From Aulosira sp. ZfuVER01 (GTDB lineage: Bacteria > Cyanobacteriota > Cyanobacteriia > Cyanobacteriales > Nostocaceae), in the NCBI GenBank assembly GCA_034530615.2, contig JAVRCV020000079.1, positions 32,001-96,000 on the forward strand: DNA of 64,000 nucleotides, given 5' to 3'. Below are positions 9,758 through 20,322 of the stretch, in pieces. Position 1 is the stretch's first letter, and each line of letters opens with the position of its first letter. The translations under genes were made by a program, and so were the position numbers. The notes under the pieces are model-generated. The model did no database searches and had not been told where the DNA came from. It was given only the letters and a program-made list of their open reading frames with translations.

Positions 9758-10618
9758 TACGATTCTCCTCTATTGGATGGGAGCATCAAAAGTAATGTAT
9801 CAATAAGCTTTGATAGATTATTGAAGTTTGCCTACTACTTTAGATGTTTCAAGTTTATTTACAAATAGTGAGATAAATGCCTAGGCTGGAATCACTTTTT
9901 TGAGCGATATAGGGTGAAAAATGTCCCAATTGCCAAAGGCAGGGAATTAACAATCAAATCCGAAAAAATTTATAAATCACTATTATATATCATTATTTCC
10001 TATATACTTAATTCCCCATTTACTGCGCTATCTTAATTATTTTTATGCTGAGAATTTTTAAATTTTCAGTAGCATCACGCAGTATCCCCCTTGTCTGCAA
10101 TTCACAGTTTAACAGCCAGTAAACTTATGTAGGGATAAGAAATATAAATAATTAGTGATTAGCTAAACCGCAAACTGTGTAGTTGTATGAAGTTAAGTTT
10201 GCGGTTAGCAATTCAAACAGAATTTAACAGAAAAAATCTCCCAATATCAATGATTATAACTGCTGAGTATGCTGGAATTAAATGCTTAACAGATGATTCT
10301 CAGGACAAAATATAAAATACATAATTATTAATGCTTTGTCTTTTTCCTCAACCAATGCACATTTAACTTATACAAAAAAGCGATCGCAAAACCTTGAGAT
10401 TTTTTATTCCCAGCAGAAAAGATTACCTATCAAGATAAAGAAAGGCAGAGGGACGACGAGGGCAGAAGGTTCGGAGTATCAATAAGAACTTTAGTTGTGG
10501 AGATAAAGCCTACTAAAAAATAAGATGTATTTCGAGATGTGCAGCGCAAGAAATACTACGTCCTTGTTTTAATCCCACTATTTGCGCGTGGGTTCCTTCT
10601 GCCTTCTGAAAAAAATTT

Positions 10619-10648
10619 AACCGCCATCAATGATTCGGTGGCGGCTTT
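10619..10648. terminator. Hairpin, probable terminator of the small gene at 10725-10925
   Basis: AACCGCCATC...GGTGGCGGCT stem with an A-run on the left. Confidence 0.45.
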
Positions 10649-10724
10649 GTACTCTATATCAATTACTTAATTTACAACTACGAAGAATGCCAATTCTGAA
10701 GAATAAGCATACTTAATGTTCGCT

Positions 10725-10925
10725 TTATCTGAGCAATCTTGTTACTCTAACATCGTATTCAGTGCCTTGTGGATGCTCGCTTCTAGCTTTTTGGAATGCC
10801 ATACCATCAGCCTTTTCTTTTGAAGGAGCGTCGATTTCGTACCTTGTTGTGCCGCGTTGAAAGTTATTGTTCGCTAGGTCAGCAAATTCCTTAATATCAA
10901 CTAATACTTCGTATGTGTGAACCAT
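10725..10925 (-). CDS. Small hypothetical protein (66 aa, MVHTYEVLVDIKEF...EYDVRVTRLLR)
   Basis: ATG at 10925 preceded by GGAGGTG RBS; protein-like composition. Confidence 0.7.
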   Translation of the reverse strand: MVHTYEVLVDIKEFADLANNNFQRGTTRYEIDAPSKEKADGMAFQKARSEHPQGTEYDVRVTRLLR

Positions 10926-11175
10926 TTTGGCACCTCCAAATGTGCAGTATGCACGTGAATGGGGAACACCATCAGTATATGAGCAGACAGAGGTGTCAGT
11001 TCTCAGACTAATATAATTCTTTATTGAAAACGTATATCTTACTAACAATTTTGTTAAGAAAAGTAAAGCAATCGTTGCTACCACTAGCTCCTTATAGATA
11101 AGGATTTTTGACGCTTGGGTAATTCATGCGATCGCAGTGAAAAATCTCCCAAGCTTATTATGACAGATTTCAAAT

Positions 11176-11613
11176 TTATTGATCTATTTGTTGAGAATTT
11201 ACATATTTTTGTTGTAATTCATGAGGAATTGGTACAGGGCGACCATTTTGAAAACTTACAAATGCACCTTTTTGTGTAGCTACTGCTGCTATAACATTGT
11301 TAGCTAATATTTCTGCTTGTACAGTCCACTTTAAACGCCCCAAATTACCTACCCATAAACGACCTATAACTCGATCAATTAATTTGACAGGCCGTTTATA
11401 TTCAATTTCAGTACCTGCAATCACAGGGATATATCCTTGGTCGATTTGTGTCTCAATAGGTAAATGTTCTTTTAAGAATTTTAATCGTAAATCTTCTAGC
11501 CATCTGATATAAACTATGTTGCTGACAATGCCAGCAAAATCAATATCATAAGTTCTCACAGGTATGGCAAGCTCTACTTCTAGTGGTCTGTGCAGGTTTT
11601 CAGGTAATGACAT
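11176..11613 (-). CDS. Acyl-CoA thioesterase (4HBT/hotdog fold)
   Basis: VRTYDIDFAGIVSNIVYIRWLEDLR motif. Confidence 0.85.
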   Translation of the reverse strand: MSLPENLHRPLEVELAIPVRTYDIDFAGIVSNIVYIRWLEDLRLKFLKEHLPIETQIDQGYIPVIAGTEIEYKRPVKLIDRVIGRLWVGNLGRLKWTVQAEILANNVIAAVATQKGAFVSFQNGRPVPIPHELQQKYVNSQQIDQ

Positions 11614-11639
11614 AATTAGCTCTAAATTTGGTAAATAAA

Positions 11640-11649
11640 ACCGAACGGT
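11640..11649. promoter_or_regulatory. Putative TetR operator ACCGAACGGT
   Basis: Near-palindrome upstream of the thioesterase; matches the site upstream of tetR. Confidence 0.55.
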
Positions 11650-11669
11650 CTTTTATTTGTCAAAAAAAA

Positions 11670-12257
11670 TCAAAGATGATTGCCTATGTATTGATTTAGG
11701 TGATTAATTGCTCTTTGAATATGCAGTGAATCTCCATATAACTTACTCATTACAATTGCTCCTTCTAAAGTTGCAATTATGATAGTGGCGACTTCATCTG
11801 CATCAACTCCAGAGCGAATTTCACCTCTAGATATTCCCTTCTCAATAATTAGACAGATAAGTTGACGCCAAGAATCCATCCCCTGTTGCGCACGTTTTCG
11901 TAATGCTGGATGAGCATCATCACTCTCAATAGCAGTATTCAATATTGGACAGCCTCCTTTAATCGGTGGGTTATCTACAAAACTGCTAAATACCCCAATG
12001 ATTGCTTGTAGACGATCTATCGCATGATGTTTGCTGCGTAATGCCGCTCTGGTATGCTGGCTAACGCAAGCGATCGCAAAGTCAAAAGCCTGTAATGCTA
12101 GATCATCTTTACTTTGGAAGTGATTGTAAATTCCTCCTTTCTGCAAACCAGTAACACGCATAATGTCGGAAATTGACGAGCCAGCATACCCCTGTTGATT
12201 AAACAGTTCGGCTGCTTGCTGAAGAATTTTTGCTTTTGTTTCTTCGCCTTTAGACAT
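11670..12257 (-). CDS. TetR/AcrR family regulator (LmrA/YxaF-like)
   Basis: MSKGEETKAKIL...GYAGSSISDIMRVTGLQKGGIYNHFQSKDDL HTH; GGCPILN; ATG at 12257. Confidence 0.9.
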   Translation of the reverse strand: MSKGEETKAKILQQAAELFNQQGYAGSSISDIMRVTGLQKGGIYNHFQSKDDLALQAFDFAIACVSQHTRAALRSKHHAIDRLQAIIGVFSSFVDNPPIKGGCPILNTAIESDDAHPALRKRAQQGMDSWRQLICLIIEKGISRGEIRSGVDADEVATIIIATLEGAIVMSKLYGDSLHIQRAINHLNQYIGNHL

Positions 12258-12270
12258 GAAAACTTTTCCG

Positions 12271-12280
12271 ACCGATCGGT
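12271..12280. promoter_or_regulatory. Putative TetR autoregulatory operator ACCGATCGGT
   Basis: Perfect palindrome 13 bp upstream of the tetR ATG. Confidence 0.6.
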
Positions 12281-12559
12281 TTGAGTTTAGCACGATGGTT
12301 ATTGGGCAATCAAGGGCTTTGTCATAGATATATGAGAATATCTGCATATTGAGGTAAGCGATTCAGGCAAATGGTAACTCTTGAATGACATATAATTTGC
12401 CGATGCGATCAATTAATTTTTCGCTCTACACATACTGTAAATTTTAAATCTACACTCATCAGTCTTTAGGATAATTGGATACAGCCCTTAGGAAGATGAA
12501 ATAGACAAAAGTGAATCCTAAAGTAATCTGGGATGTCTGTTTAAGCACCAGGATATGAG

Positions 12560-12586
12560 AAGGCTTAACTTAATGTTGAGCCTTTT
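12560..12586. terminator. Hairpin terminator-like element
   Basis: AAGGCTTAAC-TTAAT-GTTGAGCCTT stem followed by a T-run. Confidence 0.5.
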
Positions 12587-12630
12587 TCTTATCGTTTGTA
12601 AATGCGATCGCATCCCAAAAATTTGCGCTA

Positions 12631-13449
12631 TTAATTAACAGTTGGTTGCGAGAACAACTTCTCCCAGTCAATTACAGGTGGTCTTGTTCCTTTGTTCACC
12701 AAATCAAAAATTTGCCTTTCAGTGGCTGGGTGGAAAAGACATTCCACACAAGCTGCGGCCACGTCAATTCGGCTAGCATCACCTAAGAGTTTATCGCCCT
12801 TACCAATTACCACACCCAACTTGCTGTCTGTTTTTGCTTGAAAAAGAGTGTTGAGGTCGTATGAGGTATAAGGCCCATCAATCAAACGTCCGGGACGGAT
12901 AATGGTGTAGGGTAATCCCGAATTAATGATGGCTTCTTCACCTTTTTGTTTGGCATCAAGTACACCAAAGCTATTGAGAATACTAAAAGGCAGTTGATCC
13001 TTACGCAGAACACCGGAAGAAGAAACAAAAACAAATCTTTGGAGATTGGGAGGTGCTGCTGCTACCAAATTACTAACACCTTCGGCATCAACCTTAGTTG
13101 GACTGTTCTTGGCCCTGGAATCCCGAAGTTTTTGGTCAACAAGCAACTGCACCCATTCAATCCAACTAGGGCTGGGGTCAAACTCCCATCTGCTAGAAGG
13201 AAAAGCAGTAGTGCCAGTACAACAGATAATATGAGTGACATTCTGCATTGCAGCTGGAAGTGTAGCCCGGTCGCGGATATCACCGACAGCAACTTCCACT
13301 TTGTTATTAAACATTTTTTGGGCTTTTGCCGTATTACGTGTCAGGATGCGAACCCCTAAGCCTTTATCTAGCAGTTCACTCACCACAAGTTGCCCTACTC
13401 CACCAGTAGCACCAACCACCAGTACCAAATCCTTAACTGAAGAAGTCAT
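12631..13449 (-). CDS. NAD(P)-binding atypical SDR oxidoreductase
   Basis: VLVVGATGGVG Rossmann motif; YTIIRPGRLIDG. Confidence 0.85.
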   Translation of the reverse strand: MTSSVKDLVLVVGATGGVGQLVVSELLDKGLGVRILTRNTAKAQKMFNNKVEVAVGDIRDRATLPAAMQNVTHIICCTGTTAFPSSRWEFDPSPSWIEWVQLLVDQKLRDSRAKNSPTKVDAEGVSNLVAAAPPNLQRFVFVSSSGVLRKDQLPFSILNSFGVLDAKQKGEEAIINSGLPYTIIRPGRLIDGPYTSYDLNTLFQAKTDSKLGVVIGKGDKLLGDASRIDVAAACVECLFHPATERQIFDLVNKGTRPPVIDWEKLFSQPTVN

Positions 13450-13869
13450 AATTGCCCCTAAGATCGTCTATTGCTAATCTAATCAAAAATGCCGTTCCAG
13501 CCATCACTCTCAGGGTGCGGGAATTTTAGATGTGAAATTCTGCATTGGAATATTTGCTAATTTAAAATTCAAAATTGATTGACAATCAAAAGCCCAGTCA
13601 AAACGACCAGGCTTTTGTAAGGGGCTATATTACCCAAACAGTTAAATATAGTAAGTTAGCTATAAATCAATATCCATTTATCATAGAAATTACTACCACA
13701 GTCAGATTGTTAATTCCCCAAAATTTAGACACAAATTTTTAGGATATTTCACAAACCTAATTGCTTGAGCAATTCATTGATGCTGACTCTAGTAACTATG
13801 ACTAAGAGAGCAAAATCGTTGAGCGAACTGTTGAGTAAGTTGACAAAATATAATGATAAGATTCCGTAA

Positions 13870-14019
13870 TTCAATGTTGGGAATGGACAAGGAGTCTTTT
13901 TTACTAATCCTGAGGGAATTGAAAACATCTTCAGTCGAGTGACTGGAACTAACCCTTCAGCGATTGTTGGGACTGTTGGTGTCAACGGTGGAAGCAAAGC
14001 AGTAGGAGTTGAAACATGA
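13870..14019 (+). pseudogene. Fragment of a filamentous-haemagglutinin N-terminal (TPS) domain
   Basis: Manual translation FNVGNGQGVFFTNPEGIENIFSRVTGTNPSAIVGTVGVNG; no start codon, preceded by a stop. Confidence 0.7.
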
Positions 14020-14365
14020 AGCTGCTGGTTCGGTTAATGGCGATCGCATAAATACACGAGCCATTGAATTATTAACCCTGAGTGCTTGTGAAACCGCAAC
14101 TGGCGACAAACGAGCCACATTAGGTTTAGCGGGAATTGCAGTCCGAGCCGGAGCGCGCAGCACATCAACGACACTTTGGCAAGTAAAAGATGAATCTACG
14201 GCTGCATTTGCTATTCAATTTTATAAAGTTTTAAAAGATAACAAGTTGACAAAAGCTCAAGCACTGCGACAAGCGCAACTGTATCTGATGGAGAAGCATC
14301 CTAATACTAATTATCGGCTACCTTATTATTGGGCACCCTTCGTTTTAGTGGGCAATTGGTTGTAG
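14009..14365 (+). pseudogene. C-terminal fragment of a CHAT-domain protein
   Basis: IELLTLSACETATGDKRATLGLAG...LWQVKDEST...AQALRQAQL...PYYWAPFVLVGNWL; N-terminal part of CHAT missing. Confidence 0.8.
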
Positions 14366-14666
14366 TAGTTCATCACAAAAGTTTTGATTGGTAAACTCAT
14401 TCTTAATTTTTCTTCTCTTATTTTCTTCGTGTACTTCGCGTCCTAGCCTGCGGCAACGGCTTTGCCGAACGCGGTTCGTTCCTCAACCCCATCATATTTA
14501 ACGCGATGAACCAGTCGCTTATATTTTGCGCCATTGTAAGCAAGAAAGTTTACACTCAAATAAAGCCCATTGTTGAGTAGCAATGGCTTTTTTATCTAGG
14601 ATGCTCTACCTGTGACAAACATTTTTTGAAATAGCATTAGAAAATTTTTACACAACAACCCCCAGC

Positions 14667-16322
14667 ATGAAACGAACTAGAAAGTCTCTGCTATTAGCCT
14701 TGAACTGGGTGTTACTCTCATTTAGCACATCAATTTTAATTATCCTCACCCAGCCTACAGCACCCGTTCCTGCACAAGAACCTGTTACATCTGCACAAAA
14801 GACCAGAGAAGAACAGTTACAAGAAGTACTGCAACGTTCATCAACTCCTAATCCAACTGAGACTCCAAAGCCAGTTTTCATACCACAAACTATTCCTACA
14901 CCCAAACCTGAAGTTATAGATCTGAAAAAGCCTGATGCGGCCGAAGAACCAGCACCTACGCCTGAAGAAATCGCCCGTCAGCAAAAATTTATCGAAGCAG
15001 ACAAGCTTTACCTGGCGGGACAATTTGCAGAAGCGGAAAAAATCTATCGCGAGGTGAAAGAACCTTTTGCTAAAACAACTCAACCTCAAGAACGGAAAGC
15101 AGCAATCATCGATCCAACGCAACTATCCCCGGGAGGAAAGGTATATTGGCGAGAATCGGAGGCGGGGATAGCCAAAAAGTTGCAATCAAGAACTTTAGTA
15201 CCACTGCAACTATTGGTTGAGCAATATCCAGAATTTATCCCCGGACATATTAGATTTGCAGAAGTCCTCAAACAATACGATAGCTCTCAACAAGCATTAG
15301 ATATATTAGAACGGGCAGCTTCTCTTTATCCAGACCAACCAGAATTAACTAAAGTTAGAGTCGCAGCACTCGCTGAAGCCAAAAAATGGATGGAAGCTTC
15401 CTTAGCGGCGCGTCAATTTGCTATTCTCAACCCCAAAGATCCACAAGCACCTGAGTTTACCAAATTAGCCGAAGACAATCTCAAACGTTATAAAAGCCAT
15501 ATTCAAGCAGAAATTCGAGGTAATGCGATCGCTAATATTCTCACAGGTGCATTAGGCTACGCTGTCACAGGTAGTTTATTTGGCCCCTTTTCTGCCCTTG
15601 ACTCTACCATCTTGCTACTACGGGGTGAAGAATCGATTGGGGAATCAGTCGCCAAGCAAGCAAAACAACAACTCAAACTCATTACCGATGAAACAGTTGT
15701 TGGCTACGTTAATGAAATCGGACAAAAACTAGCAAAGGTAGCCGGACGGAATGAGTTTAAATACGAATTTTTTGTAGTTCCCCAAGAAGACCTCAACGCC
15801 TTTGCACTTCCTGGAGGGAAAATCTTTATTAATGCAGGTGCGATCGCCAAAACAAATTCCGAAGCAGAATTAGCTGGGTTAATCGGCCATGAATTATCTC
15901 ATGTAGTTTTATCTCATGGTTTTCAACTAGTCACCCAAGGCAACTTTGTCTCTAACATTACTCAGTATATTCCCTTAGGAGGGATCATCGGTCAACTTTC
16001 GTCACTTAGTTATAGCCGCGATATGGAACGTCAAGCAGATACCCTCGGTACACGCCTAATTGTCGCCAGTGGTTATGCTGCTGATGGCTTGCGTAACTTA
16101 ATGCTGACACTAGAAAAACAACAAAAAAATACTCCTCCGAGTTGGTTATCTTCTCACCCTGGCGGTAGTGAGCGAGTCAGTTATCTAGAAGATATGATTA
16201 CCAATAGCAGCTACAACCGCTACACCTACGAAGGAGTAGAACATCACGCGCAAATTAGAACTAAGGTAAAACAGCTACTCAAAGAGAAAAAAGAACAAGA
16301 AGAAAAAAAACGGCGTTCTTAA
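14667..16322 (+). CDS. M48-family metallopeptidase with TPR-like region
   Basis: NAFALPGG, GHELSH (HExxH), YSRDMERQAD, LSSHPG; N-terminal signal-like segment. Confidence 0.9.
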   Translation: MKRTRKSLLLALNWVLLSFSTSILIILTQPTAPVPAQEPVTSAQKTREEQLQEVLQRSSTPNPTETPKPVFIPQTIPTPKPEVIDLKKPDAAEEPAPTPEEIARQQKFIEADKLYLAGQFAEAEKIYREVKEPFAKTTQPQERKAAIIDPTQLSPGGKVYWRESEAGIAKKLQSRTLVPLQLLVEQYPEFIPGHIRFAEVLKQYDSSQQALDILERAASLYPDQPELTKVRVAALAEAKKWMEASLAARQFAILNPKDPQAPEFTKLAEDNLKRYKSHIQAEIRGNAIANILTGALGYAVTGSLFGPFSALDSTILLLRGEESIGESVAKQAKQQLKLITDETVVGYVNEIGQKLAKVAGRNEFKYEFFVVPQEDLNAFALPGGKIFINAGAIAKTNSEAELAGLIGHELSHVVLSHGFQLVTQGNFVSNITQYIPLGGIIGQLSSLSYSRDMERQADTLGTRLIVASGYAADGLRNLMLTLEKQQKNTPPSWLSSHPGGSERVSYLEDMITNSSYNRYTYEGVEHHAQIRTKVKQLLKEKKEQEEKKRRS

Positions 16323-16393
16323 TGAACTAAAAACAAATTTTTTCGTCACTTAAGCTATCAATACCCCTACCTATTTCCCATTGAGGATGATTT

Positions 16394-17188
16394 ATGTCAT
16401 CGCAAGCCCTGAAGTTTATTTTGTTGAGTAGTTTAGGTTTATCTTGTTTCCTTGGCAATTCTGTAGCATTTGCCCAAGTTGATAGTTCTGGTGGCGTTGT
16501 CGTACCAACAGAACCAACAGGCTCATCAACACCAACAGGTACACCAATACCAACAGGTACACAAACCAGCACAACATCTTCACCCACCGCTGATGGTATA
16601 ACGCGGTTTAGTTGTCAGTTGTATAACGGTCAATATACCGTGATGTATCAGCCACAAAGCCAACCAGGTCAATTCTTTGCTTGGGCTGCACCTGCGGCTT
16701 TGGGTGGTGGCTGGGACCCACAAAAGCGCTGTGCAACCATTGCCCAACGCTTAGAAATGTATCGTCCAGATGGCTTACAAGAACTCCAAATAGCCAGAGA
16801 GAATAACGAGAATATTGTCTGCGTTACAACTGAAGCTAATTCAACCTGCCGAATTGTACTCACAGTACCCCGTGACAAAGACCCTTATACTATTCGCAAT
16901 AGCATCTTCCAAAACTTAACCACTGCTGACAGCGGACAGCAAACTATCGCCGTTAACACCTATCGCAACAATCAAAGTGGAGTAGGTGATTTATATAATA
17001 TAGGTCGCACGCTTCTGGGTGGTAATCGGGTTTCTTCATCTAAAAATGATATCAATCTCAAACCTTTCCTAGATCGCAAAGATGGCGGTACTGGTAGCGG
17101 ATTGAAAAATGGTGTAGCACTGCGTAATCGTTCCAATAGCCAGCAACCTAATAGCGTTCGCCTCGACCCCAAGAAATTCCGCCGTTAA
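16394..17188 (+). CDS. COP23 domain-containing secreted protein
   Basis: Signal peptide; RFSC...GGGWDPQKRCATIAQRL...IVC...CRIVLT pattern. Confidence 0.75.
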   Translation: MSSQALKFILLSSLGLSCFLGNSVAFAQVDSSGGVVVPTEPTGSSTPTGTPIPTGTQTSTTSSPTADGITRFSCQLYNGQYTVMYQPQSQPGQFFAWAAPAALGGGWDPQKRCATIAQRLEMYRPDGLQELQIARENNENIVCVTTEANSTCRIVLTVPRDKDPYTIRNSIFQNLTTADSGQQTIAVNTYRNNQSGVGDLYNIGRTLLGGNRVSSSKNDINLKPFLDRKDGGTGSGLKNGVALRNRSNSQQPNSVRLDPKKFRR

Positions 17189-17211
17189 CTTATTGGCCAT
17201 ATTTTTCTATT

Positions 17212-17246
17212 AAAACGCGCTGACAGATCCTTTGCAGCGCGTTTTT
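17212..17246 (+). terminator. Rho-independent terminator
   Basis: AAAACGCGCTG...CAGCGCGTTTTT. Confidence 0.75.
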
Positions 17247-17779
17247 GTATTTTTTTATACTTTTGGCGAAATGCTACGTATAGCAACAGTATTTAGGCGA
17301 TCGTGTCTAGTTAAACTACTACTACTTTTAACAGATTGAATCATTTTTAGTATTGTGCTTTTGGGCAGACTACCCTAGAAAGAGCAAACAATATTAATAG
17401 ATATTCTACTAAAATATACCTCTTCCTAAAGTTAATGCTTGGTATATCAAACCACAGATAACTATAGATTCACATAGATAAATCTCAGTAGTTATTGTTA
17501 AGCTAGATGCGGATATTTGCAAGCAGTCTGTAGCTTTGCACATACGCTGATAGATTATCCCAGTAAAAACCACTGTATATTTTTAATTGTGGTTTGAGAA
17601 TTTTGCCTAGCAAAAATAGCTTGCTTTTGACTGAATATATGTCTTTGCTGCAAGAAAATCTGTTTTATAATCTGCAAAGGTTTAAAAAATTATTTATTTT
17701 ATTTCCCTGTAGCGGTTAACAGTCATCTCGATCAGATGCTCTAGCTAGGCTGTCATGCAGTCACGTTGAGGAATGCACA

Positions 17780-20038
17780 ATGTCAAATAGCTCAGGCCTG
17801 TATATTCTACTAGTCAGCGTTCATGGATTAATTCGGGGGCACAATTTAGAACTAGGACGAGATGCGGATACAGGCGGACAAACAAAATATGTGCTAGAAC
17901 TCGCTCAAGCCTTAGCCGCAAACCCACAAGTAGAACGTGTAGACCTAGTTACTCGTTTAGTCAACGATCCAAAAGTTAGTCCTGACTATGCCCAACCTGT
18001 AGAAGTTCTGTCAGACAAAGCTCAAATTATTCGCCTCAACTGCGGTCCCCGTCGTTATCTGCGTAAAGAAGTTCTCTGGCCGCATTTGGATAACTTTGCT
18101 GATGAGTTACTCAGACACCTGCGACAAATTGGTAAATTACCTCATGTGATTCATACCCATTACGCCGATGCTGGATATGTGGGTTGTCGGGTTGCGGCTT
18201 GGTTAGGTATCCCCCTTGTGCATACAGGTCACTCCCTCGGACGTGTGAAACAACAACGATTGTTAGAACAAGGAACCAAACCGGAAGTTATTGATAACTA
18301 TTTTCATATCACTAGCAGAATTGAAGCAGAAGAAACCACACTAGCTAGTGCAGCGTTAATTATTGCCAGTACTAATCAAGAAGTAACACAGCAGTATGGC
18401 ATTTACGACCACTATCAGCCACAACGGATGGTTGTAATTCCGCCAGGCGTAGTATTAGAACGCTTCTATCCAGTTCCTAAAAATTGGCAGGAACCGCCTA
18501 TATATCAAGATTTGCAGCGATTTCTTAAAGACCCACAAAAGCCCATGATTATGGCGCTTTCCCGACCAGCAATTCGTAAAAATGTTGGGACTCTGGTCAA
18601 AGCTTATGGCGAAGATCCACAGTTGCGACATTTAGCAAACCTAGTCCTGGTGCTAGGAAACCGAGACGATATCACGACGATGGAATCAGGGCCGCGTCAG
18701 GTACTCACAGAAATCTTCCAATTAATAGACCGCTATGACCTCTACGGTCACATCGCTTATCCTAAACACCACAGTGCTGACGAAGTACCTGAACTCTATC
18801 GATTGCTGGCAAAAACACGAGGGGTATTTATCAATCCGGCATTAACTGAGCCATTTGGTTTAACTTTAATCGAAGCTACAGCCTGCGGTGTGCCCATTAT
18901 TGCCACATCAGATGGTGGGCCGCGAGATATCCTAGCGGCTTGCGACAATGGTATGTTAATCGATCCCCTCGATATTCAACAGATTCAGGATGCTTTGCGA
19001 ACAGCCCTGACCGATACCGCACAATGGCAACGTTGGTCTAGTAATGGTTTAAGTAGAGTCCGAGAAAATTTCTCTTGGGAGACTCACGTAGAAAAATATC
19101 TCGAACAAGTGCGTCAACTACCACAACGACGAGTTCAATCTATGCTCAGTCCTTTGCGACAAGGGCCAGCAAGTAACATAACTGATTGGAACATACCGGA
19201 AAAAAACCGCTTACCAACAGCAGATCGTTTCCTCGTTTGTGAAATAGATAATACTCTCTTAGGTGATGCGGATGCACTACAACAATTAATTGAGCGGCTG
19301 CATAATGAAGGTCACACAACTGGAGTAGGAATTGCTACCGGACGCAACCTAGAAAGCTCTTTAGAGATGTTGGAAGAATATCGCTTCCCCATGCCAGATT
19401 TGCTGATTGTCTCAACAGGTAGCGAAATCTACTATGGCCCTCAGGTAATTCCGGATATGAACTGGCAAAGACACATCAGCTATCGTTGGCAACCAGACGC
19501 AGTGCGACAAGTAATGGAGGAACTACCAGGAGTGAAGTTACAACCTCCAGAAGGGCAAAGTAAGTTCAAGATTAGCTATTTTATTGATGAAGAAAAATCC
19601 GTGAGTTATCGGGAAATCATGCGTCACTTGCGACGGCATAAGCTCCATGTTAAAGGTATCTATAGTCACAATATGTATCTTGACTTGGTACCAATTCGGG
19701 CTTCTAAAGGAGATGCTATTCGTTATTGCGCTTTGAAGTGGGGATTACCAATTAAACGGTTTTTAGTCGCAGGTGCATCAGGCAATGATGAAACGATGCT
19801 AGCTGGGAATACTCTAGCTGTGGTTGTAGGTAACTACAGCCAAGAAATTGAAAAGTTATGTACCTATCCACAGGTTTATTTTGCTCAAGGTAATTATGCT
19901 TGGGGCATTTTGGAAGCACTAGATCATTACGACTTTTTTGGGAGTTTATATCAGACAGAATTTGAAATGAATGGACACGGGGAGACGGTAACACAAAAAC
20001 GCTCAGAAGCAATGATAGAAGAAGCCTTACCTTCTTGA
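17780..20038 (+). CDS. spsA: Bidomain sucrose-phosphate synthase (GT4 + SPP-like HAD domain)
   Basis: SVHGLIRGHNLELGRDADTGGQTKY, HYADAG, NPALTEPFGLTLIEA; C-terminal HAD-IIB-like domain. Confidence 0.9.
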   Translation: MSNSSGLYILLVSVHGLIRGHNLELGRDADTGGQTKYVLELAQALAANPQVERVDLVTRLVNDPKVSPDYAQPVEVLSDKAQIIRLNCGPRRYLRKEVLWPHLDNFADELLRHLRQIGKLPHVIHTHYADAGYVGCRVAAWLGIPLVHTGHSLGRVKQQRLLEQGTKPEVIDNYFHITSRIEAEETTLASAALIIASTNQEVTQQYGIYDHYQPQRMVVIPPGVVLERFYPVPKNWQEPPIYQDLQRFLKDPQKPMIMALSRPAIRKNVGTLVKAYGEDPQLRHLANLVLVLGNRDDITTMESGPRQVLTEIFQLIDRYDLYGHIAYPKHHSADEVPELYRLLAKTRGVFINPALTEPFGLTLIEATACGVPIIATSDGGPRDILAACDNGMLIDPLDIQQIQDALRTALTDTAQWQRWSSNGLSRVRENFSWETHVEKYLEQVRQLPQRRVQSMLSPLRQGPASNITDWNIPEKNRLPTADRFLVCEIDNTLLGDADALQQLIERLHNEGHTTGVGIATGRNLESSLEMLEEYRFPMPDLLIVSTGSEIYYGPQVIPDMNWQRHISYRWQPDAVRQVMEELPGVKLQPPEGQSKFKISYFIDEEKSVSYREIMRHLRRHKLHVKGIYSHNMYLDLVPIRASKGDAIRYCALKWGLPIKRFLVAGASGNDETMLAGNTLAVVVGNYSQEIEKLCTYPQVYFAQGNYAWGILEALDHYDFFGSLYQTEFEMNGHGETVTQKRSEAMIEEALPS

Positions 20039-20134
20039 ATCGTGGCTCTAATTCAGAGTTCATTATTTAACACTGGAACAATGTCTTCGTTCTTTTAGCT
20101 ATATTCCAATACAGTTCAGTTAAGGAGAAGCGTA

Positions 20135-20239
20135 GTGCTGTGACAAGGCTAAAGTTGTGTATTAGATTTCTAATTGATAGGGCGCTAAAGCGCAACTACA
20201 AACCTTTTTTATCGCATCATTTTAGTCTAGACACGCCAG
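20135..20239 (+). mobile_element. 105-bp MITE copy 1, flanked by TA
   Basis: Imperfect TIR GTGCTGTGACAAGGCTAAA / TTTAGTCTAGACACGCCAG; close to the copies at 31623 and 42410. Confidence 0.8.
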
Positions 20240-20273
20240 TAGGGTGCGTTAGGCTACGGCATAACACACCTAC
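20239..20273. repeat. GTAG-type REP-like palindrome
   Basis: GTAGGGTGCGTTA...TAACACACCTAC. Confidence 0.7.
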
Positions 20274-20322
20274 AAAATTCAATTTGGAATGATTAGATCA
20301 TTAGTGTATACACGGTAAGCTT

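Noticed and set aside
10162..10209. Hairpin GCTAAACCGCAAACT...AGTTTGCGGTTAGC as an sRNA
   Set aside because: A single stem with no further support; function cannot be assigned
13749..13997. 82-aa minus-strand ORF
   Set aside because: Antisense shadow of the haemagglutinin fragment on the plus strand
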